Assembly (NCBI GenBank): GCA_002633005.1
Contig: NMRA01000062.1
Coordinates: forward strand, 124,001-188,000
DNA length: 64,000 nucleotides
Reading direction: 5' to 3'
From: Phoronis australis
Taxonomy: Eukaryota; Animalia; Phoronida
The position numbers and the translations under genes were made by a program. Below are positions 28,340-39,700 of this stretch, piece by piece (position 1 is the first letter of the stretch; the number at the start of each line of letters is the position of its first letter). The notes beneath the pieces are model-generated. The model was not told the DNA's origin. It searched no databases and was given only the letters and a program-made list of their open reading frames with translations.

Positions 28340-30275
28340 GGTAAAAAATAGCACTTTTATGGTTTTAATAAAAAAATCAAAAGGTGCACAAAATGAAAAA
28401 GGAAATATTTTATTAACTGTAACAGGAATTTTGAGATTTTATCAAGAACATTATCGAACAAAATTTGGTGATGTAGTTGATATCAGTGTTTTGCTAACAT
28501 TGTACCTTTCTTTTTTTGGTTTGCTAAATTCTATCACAAAGACATTGTCACGTGACCCAATCAATGCTTTTGTGAAAGACAGACATATTGGGGAAAACAT
28601 TAGAATTTTATAAGTTTTAAATCAATTTTAGACTCAAAACCACCATCCTGACTCATTTAGCAGTAGTATGCCTGTCATTAGGATGGCTGGTTTTAAAAAT
28701 GACAACTTGGACGGCACGGCCCAGAGAGAAGAAAGACCACCTTTTAACACTGTAGATCGACAAATGCTGGCAGCCATGTTCTTCAGGGGAATATCTCCCT
28801 GTCCTGTTACATCTGGGTGACCTCGTACAGAATCAACCCATATGACATGGTGAAAATTTGGACCCTCACTTTTCAAATCCTAGATGAGTTCCTTGAGGCA
28901 ACAGGATAGCTGTGGTGGTCCAGTGTGATGACAACACATATCATTACATTTTAGATTGTCCTTGAATTTAATTGACCAATTTACTAAATATTCTGGTTTG
29001 AAGCCAAATATTTAAAAAACAAAATTAATATGTTTGGACTGGTTTTAAAAAGACCCTGATGAAAAACTTCATGTCAATTGAATCCTGTTGCAGACAAACA
29101 AGCCTTCCATGTTTTTGGCAATTAAGTTCCTGCTGATTATGTTGCTATGTCAGATATTAACTATTAATAGTGGAAAGCTTCTGGAAATTAAGAAAATGAT
29201 GATTTCTTGGTCAACACGAATTCTTACTGTTTTAGGTAAAATGAACATGATTAAGACAATTTTACTGCACATCTACTTCAACCCTCCCTAATTCTTCTAT
29301 AGAAAGGACACAAGAACTGGAGAGAAGTTTTTTTTATCTCCATTTGGAATGGGAAGAATGATTGTACAGAAGTCCGTACAAATCTCCTCATTCAGTAAAG
29401 TATTCACCTAACATACCATACATGACCTTGTAGAAGAAGTCAGGTGAGTTTCAGAGTTCTTTAAAATGGGGATACCTTCCTTAAGAAAAGCAGACGGATC
29501 GGACAATCTGCTCTGGTTTCAACGGGTGTAACAAAAATATTATTTATTCTTCCCTGTGGTATAATACAAAGATTGAAGTCTGTAGACTTTATCTTCTACA
29601 AGACCTGGTATCATAACGTAAATGTTACATCGCTGCGGAAATAAAGATTGCAAACATCTTCTAAGAATGGTCTGCACGTCACCTGTTGGCCACATTACGT
29701 GACCTAATGAGCATAAGAGTGAAAAGTTTTCTGCCCCGACCGGGACTCAAACCAGGGAACTTCTGCCAACCGTGCAGAAGCTCCAGTCCAGACTAATATT
29801 TATTAGGTCACGTGATGTGGCCAGTAGGTGGCGTGCAGACCAGACTTTAAAATGTTTCTGATTCAAGACCTGGTATGAAAAGGCTGTTTATCGTGTGCGT
29901 GACTTATTTGATGCAGAAGCTTCTTTTATGTCCCATGAAGAATACCTGTAACAGTTGGATTACAAGCAAAACCTTTGTAGCATACAGGGTCTTTAGAATA
30001 GAAAAGATAAAATTTGCTTACCAAATTTTTCATTATAATTTGTAAAATTTTACACAACTCGCAATAGGTAAATATTTATGACATCTTTGTACAGCTACTT
30101 TAGACAGCACGAAAATATAAAAAGAAATGGTCATCCGAGATGCACATTAAATATGTTTTGAATAACTTTAATAGTGGAGATCCTGATACACGGTAAAGAA
30201 AAGTAAATAAACTCACCTTCAATTGTTCAAGACACAAAATTATGGTGGTCTCAGTACCACCTTATTCACAGAGAA
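28340..30275 (+). mobile_element. Degenerate L1/Tx1-clade LINE ORF2 fragment
   Basis: Fragments AFVKDRHIGENIRIL, FTKYSGLKPN, WSTRILTVLGKMNMIKT, IFYKTWYEKAVYRVRDLFD and TKLWWSQYHLIHR, broken by stops and frameshifts. Confidence 0.8.
29612..29863. mobile_element. Palindromic tRNA-derived element (copy 2) inserted in the LINE
   Basis: Homologous to 18131-18440 with an internal deletion; flanked by 13-bp direct repeat CAAGACCTGGTAT (29599 and 29864). Confidence 0.7.
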
Positions 30276-30312
30276 AAATGAATGCCTACCCAATTACATA
30301 CACTACCGTAAT

Positions 30313-30420
30313 ACTCCTGGCCTAGTGGCTCAAGCAGAAGACCAGAGCCACAACCAGGTCCGTACGCAGTGAGGGTTCAAATTCTACACACAAGAACATT
30401 TTTATGACTTTTCTAAAAAA
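30313..30420 (+). mobile_element. tRNA-derived SINE fragment
   Basis: A-box TGGCCTAGTGG and B-box GGTTCAAATTC; no intact cloverleaf. Confidence 0.5.
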
Positions 30421-32158
30421 AGAAAAACTTAAATATCATTAATAAATATCAGAAGCTTTATTCTATCACACCTAGATAAGAACGCCTACAACTCCACTCC
30501 TTGGTCACCGTAAACTTTTTTATCACATGTAGTACTAGTAAGCACTAATAAGCTTAGGTGACGTCACACGAGTTCAAGAAAGGGAAATTACCTCAACATG
30601 GCCAGAGGAAAGCGCTAGTGAAATTCTGTTGAATTTCATGGATAAGTTCAGCACATTTTGACATGAGCCAGTTAAATTGCCTTTAGTCAAGAAAACTGGT
30701 TCTCAATATGCAGGACCCACATACGTATCCTAGTTTTACTGCTCAAATCTAAATTGTCTTAAGAGTCATGATATAGTTACTTATAACTCATCGTAGACAG
30801 GTCCCCCACCTGCCGTCCCTCAGTGTGGCTGGTATACAGGTGACCTCCACATAACCCAACCCTAAGTTTCCGTTTGACTGTAATGGTGCTCAGTCTTCAG
30901 TTTCGATGGTAGAACTGTCGTGAACACAAAAACTGACAAGTATGTGACCTCTGACCTTTTAGGTCACATTTGCTATGATTGCCTAATTGGTTGTTACGTG
31001 AACACCTCTTGTGGCTAATTGGTATATTGTTTTGGCCAATCAATGCCTGCTGCTGATACTAGGGTTGTCCCCTGAACCCTCGTGTTCAGCCTCTTTCTTT
31101 CTTGTTGCGTTAGAAGAAAGACACGTTTTGTTCTCTTGAACAAGCATTCATCTAAATAGTTTTTAGCAGAATATTGAGAACCTTTGAGAGATTGAGAACT
31201 TTTGAGTATTAGAATCCAGTGTACAATTGGTGAGAATAGATTCGAGAATTTGTGAGTCCAGCTTGGACAGTGACTATCAGTGCAGCCAGTGTTGGAGCTG
31301 AAGACAGGTTGGTTTGACAGTCATTCGTACCTTTAGAGAACTCCTTGGCTGAACAGAGCACCGCAAGCACTTGTGACTTGTGCCATGTAACACCAGCTCC
31401 GGGAGATTCACCACAGCACGGAATACTCGAAAAATTGGAGGAGCATTTGTTCGAGCTGGAACGTTACACATCAACACATGGCCACCTGACAACGTGTCTT
31501 TGTCTCTCCTCAAAGCGTCACCATTTTTTGATGGCTTACTCACTGTGAGTCAAAATTTTATGAAAAGCTTCCAGCATACAGCAGCCTATGTGATGACTAC
31601 CATTTGGTTGTGCAGTCTAAACTCATTGATGGATGCTTGTTTCAGTTTGATGTACATTATTCCCTGTACTTTGAAATCTCATTCAACGTTTTATAAGTGG
31701 ATACATAGCCACGTATGGATGGGGCGATACCATTACCACACATATGTCAACTATTGTAAGTACTACATTGCTCAGGTTCATTAGTTTAGTCATACCTTAC
31801 AGAGTGCACTTACAGTGTACAGGAATGATTACCACCATATATGCCTACATCATCTACATGCCACTGACCAACAACATTAATTTAAAAGAGCCATTGCTTG
31901 TCTGTAATAGGGATGGAACTTTGGATTCTTGTCTCGCATGCCAAAGACCAGGAGTCCGAGTCCCACCAGTGTGGAAGTTTTTCATACCATGTTTTTCTGT
32001 GGCATTTAATATTGTTAATGTTAAGCAAATCCATGTGTCAGGAATGAGAAATGAATTAAAAGAGTCTGCGTGATCGTACCAGGTTGCTAGTATAAAACAC
32101 TATCCAATGAGTTGAAGCCATTATTATACAATGGAGTCCATTCCTACGAAATACGTAC

Positions 32159-32620
32159 CTGGTATAACTCGGCAATTAATGTTATTGAATAAAACGAAAC
32201 CTTGTCCTCAGACAACTGTCACGCACTCGGAAATAGGGTCAATGTTTACAATAAAGTAAACAACAGGTGTCGCTTTTCAAGCAGACTTTTGTGAGCTATC
32301 ATTATTCATTTTATTTCACTTCAATCAGATGATACGTCAATTATCACTGTAAAAATTACCAAGAACAACTTCGGTATATTATAGAGTGTGTACTAAATTG
32401 CACTTTATGGTCATTACTCTTTTGCGTGTTTACATTTGGAAAATATCTAACTGCGAAGAACAAGAAAAAAACATGATCCCAAATGACAACTGTCATGGCT
32501 GCAAAGTGGTTGGTGCTTCCTTGATGAACAACAAAAGGTTTGCAAAAACCTGAACAATGGCCGGAAGAAATGATAAAAGGTTTTTGTCATGTAGACAAAA
32601 CTATTGGTAAGTTAGCGAGT
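32159..32620. promoter_or_regulatory. Candidate bidirectional promoter and divergent first exons
   Basis: Minus-strand donor CCAG|gtacgt at 32158, plus-strand donor TTG|gtaagt at 32607, ETS-like CCGGAAG at 32561, TGTTTAC/GTAAACA motifs; acceptor ttgtag at 33526 precedes the KRIT1 ATG. Confidence 0.4.
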
Positions 32621-33257
32621 ACACTAACGTTAGTGTCCCTTCGATGTGTAATAGAGCGTCGTCAACCACACCCAAGGCAGTGACCACCGTCCGACACCGT
32701 CGCGTCAGTATGCCAGTATGGTAATTGGTATGGTCCCCAGCCAGTACTACCACTACTTAGTACTACTACTAATTACTACTAATACTACTACTACTACTAC
32801 TAGTGGTATAGAGACGGTGAAGCTAGTCCTATGGGAGTTTCATACGCCAGAAGCTTTATGCCTCACCCTCATTTATACCTGACTAGCATCAGTGTACCCG
32901 CAATAACGCAATTTGACAGTTCATCCACGATTGACACCTCACAACTTTCATTGAATAAACAATTATTTAACAGGATTAGTGGTTACACTGAAATCAGTTC
33001 CAGTATTAGACGCTCACAACTTGCACTGCGCATGTGCCATCTTGTTACGGAATTTCACTTGGGCAAAATCTTACTTTTTTGAATGCGGGTAATGACAATT
33101 ACTAGCAGAGGAAGTAGACAATGACCATTGTCTCTGCTGGCTCCGCTCTTATAGGCACGGAAGCTGTTCGGCGAATTATGCCTCGCACTGACTAAATCCC
33201 TATTGTGCATTGAGGGACACCTTAAGAGGCCGTCGATGTATTTAATTCAAACAAATA

Positions 33258-33441
33258 CTCCCGTTATCAAACTTTTTCTTCAAGCAGTCCCTCGCTCAGT
33301 TCCCAAAATCGGTAACTCGCCATTTTCACTAGACGCGTATTCTAAGGGATAAATACGTCATGCGACCTGCTGGGCGCAGTGTTAAAAATGGCTAGTTACC
33401 TATTTTGGGAACTGAACGAGGAGAAAGTTTGATAACGGGAG
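33258..33441. mobile_element. Palindromic MITE about 100 bp upstream of the KRIT1 ATG
   Basis: TIR CTCCCGTTATCAAACTTT...AAAGTTTGATAACGGGAG plus inner arms CAGTTCCCAAAAT/ATTTTGGGAACTG. Confidence 0.7.
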
Positions 33442-33539
33442 AATTTTTTCGAGTCAAATTTGTTTAAGTGAATTTACGATATACTGTTATTAAAGCAATT
33501 TGACATCCAGCTTGATTTGATTGTAGAAATCACCCAAAA

Positions 33540-33771
33540 ATGGACACCTTGTTGGCCGTGCTCCGCCCCAAGAACACTGTTACTGTTTTGTCCGAGTATC
33601 GGCCACGCAACTTCGACCTACTCTTGTTGGATATAAGAACGTCAAGCACAGACAAGTCAAAGACACTGAAGAATCTACCCAAGTTGACTGGATCTACGGG
33701 GCAGGACATTACAAAGTATTCGAAGGATTTCCTTTATCAGTTAACTGGGGCAGAAAATGGAGGGATTAAAG
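33540..33771 (+). CDS. KRIT1: KRIT1 coding exon 1 (MDTLLAVLRPKNT...GGIK)
   Basis: ATG at 33540; donor AAAG|gtatgt, phase 1. Confidence 0.9.
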
Positions 33772-36700
33772 GTATGTGTGGTTGCTGTCGGTACAATTAT
33801 TAAAGAAAATTTTCCCTCTTATTTTCAGTGCAAGACAAAAACATTCACAGACAAAATACCGTTTCCTCATCATGACGATTAATCCTTTTAAGATCAAGTG
33901 GCTGGTAATAGGATTATGGAAGTGAAATGTTTATTACGGAATGACTTAGTGCCGTTACTAACATTTTTGTTAATTCCCATTCATTCTCGGTCATGAGGGA
34001 AGATTACTTTGCCGATGATTTTGGCATCCGCCCAGCCATCATGGCAGAGAGTTGGCATGGATTTTGTGTTGGCCTTATTTTTGTGGTTTGCGCCTCTCTG
34101 TACTGCTGGGTCTGTAGTTACTGTGCTGTGAAACATACTGTGGTGAGGTGTCGTTGCCATCTGTAATTCAACTTTTAACCACCATCGGAATTTATATTTA
34201 GCGATCTGCATAAGTTCATCTGGCAGTTGATGAATGTAGCTGCGGTAGTAATGTCTTTACATATAACCCATAAAGTACTACTACAGTTAAGTTAAATGAT
34301 TGCAAAAATCTTGTATTAGTCGATGATTTCTAGACTTTGTTAGGCATAGCCTTATCTGAAGGAGGGGGCAGTGCCTGGTTGCCTGAAACAGTCCTTAATA
34401 GGGACTCAACTAAGGTCCCTAAATCTTTTGCATATTTGTGTCATTCTTTACTCATAGATGTAATATTTGTCTGTCATTTTATCTTTATTACTGGCTCCTC
34501 ATGACATTTTCTAATAATTAAACTAAAATTTGAATCCTTAATTCATTGAAAGTAAATAGGGACTTTGTCCTTGAATTAGGAACGTTGCATGAAGATCCCT
34601 ACTTATTTTCAATTCAACATAGAAATCACTCTCGCCGTGTATCAAAGTCAAGAACTGACTTAGTAATGAAACTAAAACAGTATAAGAAAGAACATTAAAT
34701 GTTTTCACAAGTCCACAACCAAGCATTAGATTCAGGGACCTTAATTGAGTCCCTATATTGGGACTGCTTCATGCAACCAGGCACAGGTCCCTTGTCCAAG
34801 AACGCACCGTGTCCTTAAATCTGCTTATACTAGGTGTGTCATTTCCCATCTCTGACTTGCAGGCAAACAGTCTATTCACATCCCCACACAGCCGTCAAGT
34901 GACAAGGAGGTTGCCATGGTTGAACTCCACTGTCTTATTGTGGACTCCAAAGGTACCACCAGCAGGGCTTGGAATTCTCCTCATTAAGAGGATTTTCTCT
35001 TTTTTGGTTTCGATTTCTTATTTGTTTTCCAGTTTTCTATTTCTTCATCTCTTTTTTATCATCATTTTGACTTTATTCGTGCAAAAAACGTTTCTTGCTC
35101 TTAAATTTTACAACACAAATTATACTTCTTTCATGTAACTCTATTTGTAGAACGATACGTCATCTCGAAATTTTTCCTCTTTTTTGTCATGGGTCATTCC
35201 AAGCCCTTCACCAGCCACTGAACTGCCACCAATGGTCAAGTGGCATTATATTCTGTACAAGTCATATTGTTAAGAGTTAAAGAGTCACCGTTTGTGTCTG
35301 TATGTATCCCTATATGATGACAGGAATGTGACAATACAAGAAAGTTAAAGAACGTTTCCAGTTTTAAAGATGGTTAATCACATCATTTTTGGCTATAGTG
35401 CAATTAGAAAATGGACAATCGCTGCACAAATAAAAAAGTTCATGAACTTTTTTATTTGTGCAGCGATTGTCCGTTTTCTAACAGTTAAGATGGGCAATTT
35501 AATTTTATCGTTCGCTTGGTATTTTATGGCAGAGTCAATACAATACTCGTATATTTATTGTCTACCAAGATGCCAATTTTTTATTCACTACCAATGGAGA
35601 GAAATTGGAAACTTTTAAAAAATTTAAATTATGAACAGCTTTTTAAGGTACTGGTGACTCACTTCATTGCTCTAATTTATCTGTTGCAACGTTAGTTTAT
35701 ATTGTAAAGTTGCTAGTGTCAGTATTAGTTAATATCATAAAGTTGCTAGTGTCAACGTTAGTTTATATTGGTTAGTTGCTAGTCCCGTTATTTATATTGT
35801 TAAATCTTGAGTCTCTGCATAAAGTTATATGGTAAAGTTGCTCTTTGTCAGTCTCTCTCTGCATGTAGAATCCTCTGTTTGTAGCCAAACTGAATGCCAC
35901 TCATGTGGACAACATTCCTAGTACACCTGGCTTCTATCAGTTGGACTACGTTATTGACTCTTGTAAGAAGAGCTCGGCTATATACAGTCGTCATACACGC
36001 TCCATGGTGAATCAGCTGGATAGGTGAGTGAAGGGGCAATGTGTTTGTTTTAAGTGACTTGTGTAAGTTGAACTCTGTCCTATATAGTAGTCTCACGTGC
36101 TCCATGGTGAATGAGCTGGACACATAATGGGGAGGAATGTTGTTGTTATGACTGACTTGGGTAAATAGAGCTCGGTCATGTACAGTCGTCCCACACGCTC
36201 CATGGTGAATCAGCTGGACAGGTGAGTGAAGGGGGAATGTAGTTGTTGTAAGTGACTTGGGTAAGTAGAGCTCTGTCCTATACAGTTGTCCCACAGGCTC
36301 CATGGTGAATCAGCTGGACAGGTGATGGAAGGGGGGGATGTAGTTGTTGTAATTTGCTGATATTACAAGAGCTGGGCCATGCATAGTCTTCTCATACATT
36401 CCATGGTGAGTCATTGTGACAGATGAGGAGAAATGGTGTGTGATATATCAATAGTTGACTTTTTCCCTTACAGGTGGCTGGCTGAACGTTATTCCATTCC
36501 AAATGCCATGGACACGCTGCTGTCTTCTTCTGCCCAGACTCGAGTCAAACGGTCTGTACACAATCCTGTGTATGCGTCCAAGGTGACCCCATCAGGCAGT
36601 CAAAGTTTAGACAGATCTCAGATTACAGCCAATGAGCTCCTGACAAAGATGATGGCCATTGAAAAATGTGACATTGTAATCATGAATAATTTATTTGGAG

Positions 36701-39700
36701 CAAGTCATGTTTACAAACATAGGGTAAGTTATGCCTGAGAAAAGCTGTTACTCCAGTGTAGTTCAAACCTTTATGGAAAACACAGTGGTATAGTGTCCGT
36801 AATCAAACCACGCTCTTTTATATTTGTAATCACAGTGATGAAGTTTTAACAACAAACCACGCCCCCTTTTCAACCATATATGCATAGCCTCCTTTGTGAG
36901 CGCTATCCGAATAGAAACATTGGTTCATTTGAGCTCCAACTGTAATCAATGATTTCTGATCCCTCCCCCTCACAATGCATTTTGATGTATACCTGTGCAG
37001 ACTGTTCTAGACTCTGTTACCTGACTGGAATGTTGTGAACATTTGTATTGAGACAATAAACCGAAATGTCGATTAATATCCCGTTGTTTACATATGAACT
37101 GATTTTAAAGTTCGCACTCATATTTTGACCAAAAAGAAATGTGATGAAAAAATTCATCAATTATACAATGAAAGTTCTCCTCAGTTAACATTGTTTCTCT
37201 GATAGGTGGATGCCATAGCTGTCAATCATTTCTGGGGTATGGGCGTGCCCGACACAGACAGAATGTCGCTTACGTCAAGATCTCAGTGGAACAATGGCTC
37301 AATGTAAGTTCATGTCAAGTCAATGATACATTCTTTGCTTGTCTGCTCAGCAACATGAAATTATACTTACAGCACACACCAATATTATTCAGACAAAATG
37401 ACCCAGCATTCCCTGTCATGATGGCGGAAGCTGCATTCTTTGTCAGTGCAGTCTTCCGTCATGACCGAGAATGAAGGTGAGTTAGCAGGAAAGTTAGTAA
37501 GGTGGCAAAACTATTCTGTATTCAGAATTTTGCCAATGAATATAATAGTCATGACGGGAAGTGGTATTTTGTCGGATTACTTTTGTCCTATTCTGTAGTT
37601 ATGTGAGCAAAATAGAGTTGTTCTCGAGCAAAGGAAAGTAACAGTTCACAGATAAATGACTAGTCGCCACACTGGACTAGACAGTAGCCATGGCAGATAA
37701 GCCTGCCTTAGTTTTCTTGTAATTCTAACACATTATTTACAATTGTTTCTTTAGAATTTGAAAACCAGTGTTGAAATATGGAAATAAGTCGAATTTTACA
37801 TTTATATGCTTGTTTTTTCGTATATTCCCAGTAATGTGGTCTTGTTTCAGGGACTCTGGTTTCCCCCTACATGAGAGTGCGTGCAAAGGGGAGGTGTCCC
37901 AGGTACAGCGCCTCCTACACTCGGACATTCAGCTGGCCACCACCCTGGACAGGAATCTGTGGGCTCCCATACACTACGCTGCCTGGTGAGGAGCCAATAC
38001 ATGTATATCATTGTTTTGTTTGATTACACTTTCATTGTAGGAGTGCGTGTTTGAAGTGTACTAGCCGTGGACTGTGTTTTTGTTGAACTGATGGGTGATC
38101 ACGTCCTATTCATATTTTAGTTAAATGTCTTCTACTGTCTTTTCCTGTCTTAATTTTTAATATGTTTTTCCCCAACTTTGTTTTGTAAATGAAACAAGTT
38201 TTAATAATTGGTCTGACTTTTACAATAAAAAATTACTACTTAATTGATCTTATGCTAACTTCAGTTTGTGAGAACAATAATTACTTTTCAGTGTGTGATA
38301 TATCGGAGTTGTTACTTTTAATTGTGTTTTACCATCAATCTTGTTATTTCCTGTCAGTTATGGTCATGTGGCTGCAGTAAAAGTTCTAGTCGAGGAAGGC
38401 CATTGTTCACCTAACATTCTCACAGACAATCTGTCCACACCCCTTCACTTTGCCGCTGTTCATGGCCAGCCTAGCGTGGTGCGCTACCTGTTGGACAGTA
38501 AGAACATCGATGTGGTGAGTGTCATGGAAGTACCAGGATTGTTGTGAACCACGCACTATTTATTCATTGAATAACCATTGTGGAGGATGTGGGAGGGGCC
38601 AAGATAATGAGAGGTGGAGTGAAGAAGAGACGGAATGGGGAGGGTGTATGGTAAAGAAATGGGAGGGGCCAAGAGATTGAGAGGTAGAGTTAGGGGGAGG
38701 GGGAGGAGATAGTAGAGGAGTATGTGGGAGGGGCCAAAAGATTGAGAGGAGGAGTGAGGAAAGGATGGAGAGGACGGGGAGGAGATAGTTTAGGAGAATG
38801 TGGGAGGGGCCAAAAGATTGAGAGGAGGAGTGAGGAAAGGATGGAGAGGACGGGGAGGAGATAGTTTAGGAGAATGTGGGAGGGGCCAAGAGATTGAGAG
38901 GTGTAGTGAAGAAGGGACCGAGGGGGAGGGGATAGGAGATGAGAGTGGGGTAATATACTTTGTTACCCATACAGAGGTTAACATTAAGTACAATTGAGAT
39001 ATCTGCTTCTGCATTTAGGGATGGTCATCTGAAAGCATGTTTAAGCATAGAGAAACACTTTCTACTGGGGGAGTGTTTTAGGTCAATTCAGAGATAATTT
39101 ACGTTTGCTACTACTGATCATAAATTGTTACGATCGCCGTTCCAAGTTGTTGTTGTTGAATATTTCAATTTGGTTTCGCTATAGACATTTGCTCACAATG
39201 TCATAACAGCAATACTATAACTGAAAGTGTGAGCTGAATGATGTTAACATCGAAACATACGTCATACATCAGAAAGAATGGAAGTTATTCTTGCCTCTGC
39301 TGGATAGGCTTGTCAGTTTAGCCTCTAATGATGTCATAGTAACCAAATATCTCTGGTTGTTCCCATTGTTGTGTTGTTTACAGAATGCACTGGATAAAGA
39401 TGGCCGATCCGCTCTGGACTTGTGTGTGAAGAGTAGTCGAGCCAATTACAAAGAGTGTGCCAGGCTGTTGAAGGAGGCAAGAGAACGGCCGGTAAACTAA
39501 CTAGCACTTTCAGACTGCTATCAATCAGTCTTCTGTCAAAGCTAGCAACTGTTTCCCTTATCTAGACCCCATGTGGGGTTTGGAGGAGCTAGGTTATTTC
39601 CTCCAAATCTCATTTAGGATCTAGATACAGGGAGTAACAGCCTGACTGTGTAGTGACCTATATAAATACGCTAAATGGGTGTCAATTAAAAGATATTTAA

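Noticed and set aside
30780-31860. Solo LTR or coding ORFs 31277-31784
   Set aside because: No clear TG..CA ends, TSD, PBS or second copy, and the ORFs lack motifs
35848-36303. 151-aa minus-strand repeat ORF
   Set aside because: Antisense read-through of KRIT1 exon 3 and its tandem repeat
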